Assembly: GCF_004010195.1 (NCBI RefSeq)
Contig: NW_025214824.1
Span: 1-34,538, forward strand
Direction of reading: 5' to 3'
Origin: Chiloscyllium plagiosum
Lineage: Eukaryota
DNA length: 34,538 nt
Under the pieces are notes generated by a model. That model worked only from the letters and a program-made list of their open reading frames with translations, searched no databases and had not been told where the DNA came from. The translations under genes and the position numbers were made by a program. Shown here in pieces: positions 11,755 through 20,422 of this stretch (its first letter is position 1; every line of letters starts with the position of its first letter).

Positions 11755-13378
11755 TGAATCTAGAAAGCAAGGAAAAGGGGAAGACACGATATGATGTAAG
11801 CAAACTGGCAAGAAATATAAAAGCAAGCAGAGCAAGCTTTAATGTGTATCCAAAGAAAGTTCAAGATGAATGTATGCCCTTTAGTAGAAATGAAGTCAGG
11901 AAAATATATTGGGGACGTTTGGAGGGTATGCCTAGAGGGAACAGACAGATAATTTACACCAGAATTTTATATCATTCCTCACATTAAAAGGCACTGTAAG
12001 TATTTCAATTATATTATCAAAATAGCAATAGGAGCGAAGTTCTTGAACTGCCTCTAACAAAAGGAACAAGGCTTTTTAATAAACAGATAAAAGTAAGGGT
12101 ACACAGGTCAGCTGTAATTCACAGTTGGTTTTAAAAGCAGCGGTTACAGTGACTGGTGTTACTGTAAGAAATATTTCATAACTCTGGATTGCAGGAATCT
12201 TCCAGTAAACTGGAGACCCTACAATGTGGCACCTGTTTTCAAGAAAACAGCAAGACTGAAAGCAGTAACCATTTAGCCTCAACATTATTGTTGGGAATCT
12301 GCTAGAGTCTATTAATAAGGAAGGAATTGCAGGGCATTTAGAAAAGCTTCACGCAAAGTCAACATGGTTTTATGAAAGGCGATCTATATTTTGCCTGTTA
12401 AATCATGCATTTTTTTTTTCTGGAGATCCCTGAGAATGTTACAAGCGGACATGATAAAGGGGATCTGGTAGACACGAGGCTTTCTCGAGATTTTTCAAAA
12501 GGTTTCACGAAATAAAACTTGTTACACAAGACAGAAGCTCATAATTTGACTGCTAATATATTAGCATGGGATGACGGTTGGTTAACAAATAGAAATCACA
12601 CTGTCGGGGTTAATGGATCTTCCTGATGAAATATATCTGCTGGAGTATCGCAAATATCAGTCCAATGCAAGATTTAGTTACAATCTATACAGAAAGCCGG
12701 AGCTGAGTGCAATATATATCCGAGTTTGAGGATGACACTGAGAATCAAAAGGCAGGCTGTTAATTAATGGTGAGGACACCCACAAAAGGGATGGGATTGT
12801 TTTTGTGTCGTGAGGACACCCACAAAAGGGATGGGATTGTTTTTGTGTCTGAAATATAACGTCAGCATGCTGATGCAACAAGTAACTAGGTTGGTTCATG
12901 AGGCGGGTTCCTGGAAGGAAAGTGTTTAATTATTGAGTACATCTAAAAGGGTGAGGCGTTTATTCATTGTAGTTGGAATGAATGTGGATGATATTACTGA
13001 AATAGACAAGATGCAGAGGGGGCTTGACAAGTAGCTTTCGAGAATGTGGATAAATTCCAAGGCAGAGAGTCGAACTCAGGGTTGTAGATACAGAATAAGG
13101 GTATCGATTTCAAACTGAGATGCAAAGAAACGTCTTCTTTCAGAAGGTAGTGAATGCCTGGAATTCCCTAACCCAGAGGTTATGGAGACTGGGTCAATGA
13201 ATGTATTTACAGACTGGCTGGATTGGATTTTGACATATCAGCGAGTTGAGGGATACAAGGGGTTAGCAGGAAAGTGGAGTTGAGCCCTGAAGTAGATCAT
13301 CCATGTTCTTATTAAATGACAGTGCTGGCTTGAGGGGCCGAATAGCCTGCTCCTGTTTCTATTTCTTACGTTTTATGT
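11755..13378 (+). mobile_element. Old, heavily decayed CR1 ORF2 and 3' end
   Basis: SQHGFMKG, DFSKGF, ILAW and EFEDDT (KFADDT-like) remnants. 3' end GGGCCGAATAGCCTGCTCCTGTTTCTATTTCTTA. Confidence 0.8.
12770..12849 (+). repeat. Perfect 40-bp tandem duplication
   Basis: GTGAGGACACCCACAAAAGGGATGGGATTGTTTTTGTGTC occurs at 12770-12809 and 12810-12849. Confidence 0.95.
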
Positions 13379-13684
13379 TATTCTTCCGGAGAGTAACTGG
13401 TTATTTTTCTGAAAATGGTGTTATACAATGTTGCATTAATGGAGACCAGAGGATTTTTTTGAGCTAACGCTGGATACGGGTACAGGGCTGTATTCACAGC
13501 GAATCTGAATCTGTAACATGACCCACATCTGGAGCAGAAGTTGCAGAGACGGGAAGCCTGAAAAGAGGGATTGGGGTGCGGGTCAATTCCTGGCTCAGCC
13601 TGGATTTCCCAAACTACACCTAACCATCGGGGTGGCCTCGATCTGCCCCTGTGTAGCAGGTCCGAAGGGCTGAATAGAATATCA

Positions 13685-13945
13685 GAACATAAGGCTGAGG
13701 GACACGAGTGGGGCATTCGGCCCTTTGACACTACTCAACCAGTAAACAAGGTCGTGGCTCATCTCATTGTGGTCCCAGCTACACTTTTCTTTCCAAACAC
13801 CATCATCCCTGATTCAACTTTCTATGGAAAATCAGATGAAACCAGCCTCGATATAATATGAAGCTTCAGCCATCCCATACTTCTGGGAAGGAGAATTCCT
13901 ACGTGAATAAATTCCCACTTTGAGAATTTCTGCTCACTCCGGTTC
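13685..13945 (-). mobile_element. CR1 3'-end fragment, inverted
   Basis: GAACATAAG..GGCATTCGGCCC..GGCTCATCT..CTTCTGGGAAGGAGAATTCC is the reverse complement of a CR1 3' UTR. Confidence 0.6.
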
Positions 13946-14127
13946 TGACTGAGGTTGGAGGGTGTCACTGTTTCCTTTTCTAGTCCCACTCCTTCACTAC
14001 TGACATCTCATTTCAAATGTGACCAGGTTGGTGATATGGCCGATGATAAAAGTTTTAGACGAGGTGATAAGAACAAGTCAAGCAGATTTCTTTAGTCAGA
14101 CACAAGTAACTAATATAACTAACGGAG

Positions 14128-14480
14128 GAGCATGGTGGATCTGTTTTTCGCACTGCTGCCTCACATCACCAAGGAGCTGGGTTCAATTCCAACCTCGGGG
14201 GTCCTGTATGTGGAGTTTGAACATTCTCCTGTGTCTGTGTGGGTTTCCTCCCAGTGTGCCAGTTTCCATCCACAGTCCAAACATGTGCAGCTTAGAGTGG
14301 ATTGGCCATGCTAATTTGCCCATAGTGCCCAGGAATGTGTATGTTAGGTGAGTTAGTCATGCGAAATGCAAGTTTACATGGATCGGATGAGGGGCAGGTC
14401 TGGCTGGGATGCTGTTCGCTGGGTGAATGTGGATTTGATGGGCAGAATGCCCTGCCTCCACACGGTTGAGGTTCTATAAC
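14128..14480 (+). mobile_element. HE1/V-SINE
   Basis: GCACTGCTGCCTCACA..GGGTTCAATTCC..GTGGAGTTTGAACATTCTCC..GGATTGGCCATGCTAATTTGCCC. Confidence 0.9.
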
Positions 14481-14489
14481 AATATCAAG

Positions 14490-14900
14490 AAGTTTGGACG
14501 ATACAAATACCCAGTGGGTATCTACCTGATACATGCTGCTGAAGATCTTGTATGTTTCAGTAAGATCACCTCTCTTTCTATGAGTAACCATAATATAAGG
14601 CCTCCATCCCTCGAATACATGAAGTGAACCATCTGTGAACTGCTTCCAATGTAATTATATCCAATCTCAGGGAAGTAGACAAAAAATAAACCTCACACCC
14701 AAGATGAGGCTTTTTTTTTTGTTTTCTCAGTGCTATGAGTTTTTGGAACTCTCTTCCCCGCAGACCGTTGGAGGCAGAGATATCGAATATTTTTGAGGCA
14801 CAGATAGAAGGTTCATAAGTAACAACAGAGTCAATGATTATCAAGGAATGTGCAGGGATGTGCAGCATGGAGAAATGTTGACAGTGGTACAAAATGACAC
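14490..14900. mobile_element. Two short CR1 fragments: minus ~14490-14705 and plus ~14720-14900
   Basis: Minus strand RKRGDLTETYKI and LEAVHRWFT. Plus strand TTGGAACTCTCTTCCCCGCAGA..GGAGGCAG. Confidence 0.65.
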
Positions 14901-15044
14901 TGCTTCAGAACATCCGGCAAAACGAAATGGTAATCTAGAAAACATCTTAAAATGCTAACAGTGATAGAACAGAGTTCCAAGGACCATAGAGCTGCTCTGT
15001 CCTTAGAGAGAGACCACTTGTGCTCGTTTAAACTGAGGGTCACC

Positions 15045-15489
15045 TGTTTTAAAAAATTCTCAAGGTCAGGTTCGTAGGAGAGTAGTCTGACACAGAACAA
15101 ACGACCAAGAGGCGAGTCTGCTAGAATATGAGCATTTTATTCCCCGCAGCGTCGCCACAACCAGGTCTCATACTTACAACGGGTCTGGCTTATCTCACTC
15201 TACATGTTACCGGAACTGGGAGCCGTCAGTTCTCGTAGAGCGGTTGCCAACAACCCACGCTCGGCGGTTAAAACGTAACCCCGGAGCAGACTCACCGAAC
15301 TGGAAACTTTTCCAGCTGATATACTCTTTTCCAGATATAAACATTCATGTGAACAGCAGAGCAAGGCTAAAAAACACATTCCATTCTGGTTACATACAGA
15401 TAAGAAGATTCACACGGGACTAAGCAACACCTCCATTCCGGTTAGATTCACACATGTATTGGGACATAATTTTTAACCGTTTCACCACA
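15045..15489 (-). repeat. 3' LTR (445 bp)
   Basis: Minus strand TGTGGTGAAACGG...AAAACA, with AATAAA near 15135-15141. Confidence 0.95.
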
Positions 15490-16014
15490 TTCCACTGCTT
15501 GGAATTTTACACCACATGGCTGGGCTACAAACGCCCGTACTTGTACCGGGTCCGGGGTTCGAGGGACCTTCCTTTTCTCTTTCCGTTTCTTAGCAGACAG
15601 ATACATAATAGTTCGTCCTGCTAGTTTAGTTAATGCTGTCAATTCAGCTTTTAACTTCATAATTTCCTGCCTCAACATAGAGGCATCTCCCGAACTGAGT
15701 CCCTGCTCATGTTTCAGGAGGGCTAATTCTGCTTCAGCTTTTTGGCGCTTGTCTGACTGTTGTCTACAAGCCGCCGCACAGGCCCACATCCTCCGCTGTA
15801 CCCCAGGCAATGGGTTCTTCGGCAGGACTGGGATCCTCTCAAGGGTGGACAGCAGCGACCCTGGGGTTCCTACGCCCTCGGCCTCCCAGTCCTCCGGTCG
15901 CCCCCCACCATTTCTCAAACAAACTGCCACGCCATGCCACGGCCCATGCCATCCTGGGACGGTCGGGACCTCCACAGTTTGTTCCTCTGGTTTCTTAGCC
16001 TTTTTCCAAAACAT
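15448..16014 (-). CDS. gag: 188-aa ORF resembling the N-terminal region of ERV-L/class III-like Gag; C-terminally truncated, reads through the PPT and stops in the 3' LTR
   Basis: True ATG (ACA-ATG) lies 35 nt after the PBS and there are no internal stops. Motif order GPWHGVAVCL / MWACAAAC / heptad coiled coil / PDPVQVRAFVA parallels ERV-L Gag SPW..GW..coiled coil..VKVRAL (by-eye similarity). Confidence 0.7.
   Translation of the reverse strand: MFWKKAKKPEEQTVEVPTVPGWHGPWHGVAVCLRNGGGRPEDWEAEGVGTPGSLLSTLERIPVLPKNPLPGVQRRMWACAAACRQQSDKRQKAEAELALLKHEQGLSSGDASMLRQEIMKLKAELTALTKLAGRTIMYLSAKKRKEKRKVPRTPDPVQVRAFVAQPCGVKFQAVECGETVKNYVPIHV
15490..15500 (-). promoter_or_regulatory. Polypurine-tract-like sequence
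   Basis: Minus strand AAGCAGTGGAA directly abuts the TG of the 3' LTR. Confidence 0.65.
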
Positions 16015-16049
16015 TGTTCTGTATCAAAATCTTTCCTCAATTGCGATTG

Positions 16050-16067
16050 ATCCTGCCGGCTACGCCA
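16050..16067 (-). promoter_or_regulatory. Primer-binding site, tRNA-Ser
   Basis: Minus strand TGGCGTAGCCGGCAGGAT lies 3 nt after the 5' LTR. It matches the complement of the vertebrate tRNA-Ser(AGA/TGA) 3' end ATCCTGCCGACTACGCCA at 17/18. Confidence 0.9.
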
Positions 16068-16070
16068 AAA

Positions 16071-16549
16071 TGTTTTAAAATAATTCTCAAGGTCAAGGAC
16101 CAGGCTCGCAGGAAAGTCGTCTGACACAGAACAAACAGCCAAGAGGCGAGTCTGCTAGAATATGAGCATTTTTATTCCCCGCAGCGTCGCCACAACCAGG
16201 TCTCATCTTACAACGGGTCTGGCTTATACTCACTCTACATGTTACCGGAACTGGGAGCCGTCAGTTCTCGTAGAGCGGTTGCCAACAACCCACGCTCGGC
16301 GGTTAAACGTAACCCCGGAGCAGACTCACCGAACTGGAGACTTTTCCAGCTGATATACTCTTTTCCAGATATAAACATTCATGTGAACAGCAGAGCAAGG
16401 CTAAAAAACACATTCCACTCTGGTTACATACAGATAAGAAGATTCACACGGGGAGGTGTGTAATAAGATTCACACGGGACTAAGCAACACCTCCATTCCG
16501 GTTAGATTCACACATGTATTGGGACATAATTTTTAACCGTTTCACCACA
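16071..16549 (-). repeat. 5' LTR (479 bp)
   Basis: Direct repeat of 15045-15489 with an extra 26 bp in U3 (16453-16478) and a divergent U5 end. Confidence 0.95.
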
Positions 16550-17102
16550 GTCACCACACCTCCATTAATGGGTTAAGGGTGAGACAGCGTCCCCATCATG
16601 GTAACCTCTGTCAGTGTGGTGAATTGAACCGGCGCTGTTGGCCTCCAACTGCATCACAAACCAGCCATCCAGCCAACTGAGTGGGAGACAGAAACAGTCA
16701 CAGGCAAAGGGCAAGAGAAACTTTCATAACAAAGAAAAAGGTACAATTCAGATAACGGTCAAAATAACGACTGAGAGTAAAAACGTTCTCAGCTAGAAAT
16801 TGTATTTTATGATGAGACAAGTATTTCAAAGCCGTCTTTGACTGAATACGATAAGGTGATACAAATGACATAACGAGAATTACTAATTGTGATTGGATAT
16901 CGATAACCATAAAATGAGTGTAGACATTTGATTGGTCTGTGTAAAATGTGCTTACCATTTTTATAAAGCAAGACACTAGTGTGGGCTGCATATCACCCAA
17001 TGCTGGACAGACCGTTTCACCTGGGTTACTGAATCAATGCTCCGGTGTGACTGTGCTGGTCCCCATGTTGGACAGATAGCCAGTGGCCTGCTGAGACTTA
17101 CG

Positions 17103-17310
17103 CAGTATTCCATCCTGGAGAGATTGCTGGGTTGTACTGAGCCTAGTCTGCACAGTGCTCCATCCTGGATGATTGCTGAGTTGTCCTGAGCCTGGTCTGC
17201 ACAGTACTCCATCCCAGACAAATTGCGCGGTTGTCCTGAGCCGGGTCTGTGCAATGCTCCATCCTGAACAGATTGTTGTGTTGAACTGAGCCTGGTCTGC
17301 ACAGTGCTCC
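17103..17310. repeat. Diverged minisatellite, ~50-bp unit x ~4
   Basis: Consensus CAGTGCTCCATCCTGGANAGATTGCTGNGTTGTCCTGAGCCTGGTCTGCA, with a weaker copy upstream from about 17050. Confidence 0.9.
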
Positions 17311-17499
17311 GTGCCCAGCAGGTATCTCATCTAGGTTTATACGTGTCTGGGCAGGGTCTGTGAAGTGGATTGAGTATCCAGTATAATTCGTTATCGAGCT
17401 ATCACTCCTCCAGCTCGGCGCATTCCGCTGTTAAACCCCGTATTTCTGCAAAATGTTGTCCATTAAGTAATTAACCAATTAAAACATGAATGTCTGTCC

Positions 17500-18166
17500 T
17501 TCTTGCGATGCACATGAGCTGACGTACCTGAAAACATATGATGAAGGTCGACTCAACCCGAAAGTTTTCTTATTTTAATGGTAAGTATGAGGTGCTCTGT
17601 TTCAGATGCAATTCGCTTGGTCAAAATATTCGACATTCAGCAAAATACAATATATTCAAACACCATCGATAAAATACAATAAAAACAAGAGCAACTTGTA
17701 ATAACTTAATGCTATTGGAAAACATAACAGAATAATAGATTATTTAACTACTATACAGTAACAACTCCAAAATGGCAACATTCTATAAACACCCGCTTTT
17801 ACAAAACGAATTCAGGAAACAGATTGTCTCACATGCAGTTCTCCAATCCAGGAGGAACGAACATCAAAAGACAATTCTGAGAGAAATCTCACAGAGAGAG
17901 TGCAGCAGCCGGGAGAGATTTCCTGCCTTCCAACCCTGCTGAGGCCCTACCAATAACTGGCAAAAGATAAAACTAAGATTCCTGCTTCTATGAGAGCTTG
18001 GCCATCACTCCACAGGACCAGACTGCAGCTACAAGGGATGGAGTGTATTAAGCCGTCTATGGCAAGTCTATCCCTTTCAATTTTATAAACTATGATGAAA
18101 ATCATTGCTAATTCTGTTATTTATATTTCGCAAAGACGTAGAGTATTTTATTCAGTTTCAGTCACA
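17500..18166 (-). mobile_element. Degenerate Gypsy-type solo LTR; boundaries approximate
   Basis: Resembles the reverse complement of the LTR type at 1661-5503 (AT-rich U5-like part, GTCACA end at 18161-18166). Recognised by eye. Confidence 0.5.
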
Positions 18167-18559
18167 AACTCGGCTTCCTTTAAATTAGTTTCAGACTCTT
18201 CACTCATAACCATCGCAGAAGAAAAATGACTGTCCACATCCTCAACCTGACTATTGCCTTGAAATGTTTTATGTCTCGGTATTCTTTCTGCCATCGAATC
18301 TGCCCACACCCACCTCGACAATATCCCCAGTCTCGACGTTTGCCTCAATGCTGTTGCTGAATTAAACATCATCTAGCCCTTTGTTAACTTCAGCATTTAT
18401 GGCTCCCGTTGTGTTCTGACCTCTCTACCAGTAACAAATATTTTGACCACAAACTTGTTGCCGTCACTACAGGTACTTCACAACAGGTACTCTGTATCAG
18501 ATTCATAATGTCACTGCATGTGTAATTCAGAGGCAAAGGTGATGACTCTAAAGGCTTTG

Positions 18560-18850
18560 TTTGAAATCTTATCACCGTCGATGACTGAACTTAAAGTCGA
18601 ATGACAAAAATTGGAATAAAATTGAACTGATAGAAACAATAAACAATCAGGATTTCTTTTAATATTTCACTGATAGCCTTTGGTAAATAAACTGAACATT
18701 ATTGCCCGGTCTGGACGAAGGGCGACTTCAGATCCACGATAAAATATTTGGCTCCATGTTGTCTTGCAAAATGGCCTCACAGTCAAGGGCAATTTGGATG
18801 GACAACACATGCTGCCCTTGCCAGTGATGCTGACATACCATGAAACAACA
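18560..18850 (+). mobile_element. Degenerate SINE related to 7545-7875
   Basis: CAAGGGCAATTTGGATGGACAACACATGCTGCCCTTGCCAGTGATGCTGACATACCATGAA tail. Confidence 0.6.
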
Positions 18851-18916
18851 ACATTAAAGGTGAAATAAACCAAGGAACTGTGGATAATGGAGATCTGAAA
18901 TAAAATTCTCCAGTGT

Positions 18917-18918
<2 letters not shown>

Positions 18919-18970
<52 letters not shown>
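18919..18970. repeat. (AG)26 microsatellite
   Basis: Read directly from the sequence. Confidence 0.98.
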
Positions 18971-18977
<7 letters not shown>

Positions 18978-19335
18978 AAGGAAAAGAAAACAAAAGGATT
19001 GCTGATGATGGACTGGAAGGAAAATAGAATGTTCCCTCTGTCTCTCTTTTCTGAGTGTGATGATCTCCATTGGCAATACTGGTGCTGCCCTGACAGTTGC
19101 TGAGATACAGAAGAAGGAAATGTTACAGAGTCAGCAGCTTCTTTGGAGAGAGGAACTGTTAATGTGGGGCTTTACAGAGATGCAACAGCTTTCTCAGCCA
19201 GGAAGAGAAACTAAGGAGAGGGAGGCATTTTCAACACTGAATGGGTGCACAATGTGTGTGGGGCATTGACTTGCTGCTGTCATTAGAAAGTCAGTGGAGT
19301 TTCTGTGGATGGTGTTCTGAGGTTTGTTTTGTCAG

Positions 19336-19415
19336 CTGCTGAGTTCATTCTGGGAGAACGGAGGGTCTGGTGATCGCACTCTGGACACTGCATTTGCAGC
19401 GTGTCTGGGTCCATG
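19336..19415 (+). pseudogene. Candidate signal-peptide (leader) exon with ACG in place of ATG: (M)EGLVIALWTLHLQRVWVH-G
   Basis: Acceptor TTTGTTTTGTCAG, Kozak-like AGA-ACG-G at 19358, 19 mostly hydrophobic codons and a phase-1 donor ATG|GTAAAC. An in-frame TGA lies upstream at 19340. Confidence 0.45.
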
Positions 19416-19799
19416 GTAAACAAATGGAGCGAAGACTACACAGAAGGGAAGCTCTGGAAACAAGGAGGAGCAAAGCACTGCACTTTCCTTCCTGGGCTTT
19501 CCAGGAAGATTTGTCTAAGCTGGACCCATTCAGGTGTAATGTGTGAAACCAGCTTGTTTCAAAAATGAGGTGCTCACTGAGCTGTGTCCCTCCTTCAGTA
19601 TAACCTGTAGCCTCACACCAGGGGCAGGACTGTGCTTTCTTTCACCATTAATTTACCTGTTTTAATTCTGGAACTTTCCAGGCAGGAGTGGGTAATGTAT
19701 TCACCATCTCTGAAGTGTTGTCCTCCGATGTATAACGAGCTAACAGAAGCCACCTGCCTGCTGAAAGGAATGCATTGATTCCATCTCCACAGGAGAAGG

Positions 19800-20420
19800 T
19801 ACAGAAACCAACTTCCAGATATACTAGAGAGAAGTGGGACTGGTGAAAATGAGGAAATGCAGGAACTTAGAATTAATGCAGGTTATTCTTTTGGAAATCC
19901 AATTGAACTGAAGTTTCATAAGTTGCTGCATCTGATGAGTTACATCCCAGAGTATTGAGGAGATGAAAACAGAGCTAGTGAAAAAAATACTTATTATTCT
20001 TCAAAGCTGGTTTATTCTGGAAAGGATCCTGCAGACTGAAAAACAGATATTGGAAACGTAAATATTTAGAACAGGACGAAGAGGGAAAACATAAAACTAA
20101 ATAGCTTGATGTCAGCTGTGAGAAAAAAAAATCATTGGAACCTTATGTAAGGAACGTGACAACTAGACACTTAGAAATAATGATATGATTTGGTAGAATC
20201 GGCCTAGATTTAGGAAAGGGAACTGGTCGTCGATAAACCTTTTTGTGGAGATTGTGCATTGTGCCTTCGACAATTGAGAACCAATGGGAGTGGACTATTT
20301 GAGTTTTTAGAAGACGCTTGACCTGATTGAATACAGGTGAGTGGGGAATGTGAGAGTCCATGGGAATGTAGGGGTGGAATATATACCATATGGATTAAAC
20401 ATTGGTAATGGAGATACGAG
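19800..20420 (+). mobile_element. Old CR1 ORF2 fragment
   Basis: ASDELHPRVLR, GKDPAD*K and GIYTIWIKHW remnants of the CR1 pre-RT and RT region. Confidence 0.7.
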
Positions 20421-20422
20421 AA

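Larger units (their letters stand above)
15045..16549 (-). mobile_element. Minimal non-autonomous endogenous retrovirus-like provirus (LTR-PBS-gagN-PPT-LTR), 1,505 bp
   Basis: Two near-identical TG..CA LTRs, 6-bp TSD GTCACC (15039-15044 and 16550-16555), tRNA-Ser PBS, PPT-like tract and one intact ORF. Confidence 0.95.
14975..16682 (-). mobile_element. tRNA-derived SINE (third family) split by the provirus; parts 14975-15044 and 16550-16682
   Basis: Minus head CTCAGTTGGCTGG..GGTTCAATTC. Removing the provirus restores the continuous sequence ..CTGAGG-GTCACC-ACACCTC.. Confidence 0.7.

Noticed and set aside
12770..12849. CRISPR-like direct repeat with a weak internal hairpin
   Set aside because: There are two adjacent copies with no spacer, inside a eukaryotic CR1. 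It is a simple tandem duplication.
14030..14090. Possible C/D box snoRNA in paralogous block B
   Set aside because: The boxes are non-canonical (ATGATA, CAGA) in both copies and there is no terminal stem.
17536..17566. Hammerhead-like ATGATGAAGGTCGACTCAACCCGAAAG
   Set aside because: The core starts AUGAUGA rather than CUGAUGA, helix II is poor, there is no GAAAC-NUH, and it lies in a probable LTR remnant.
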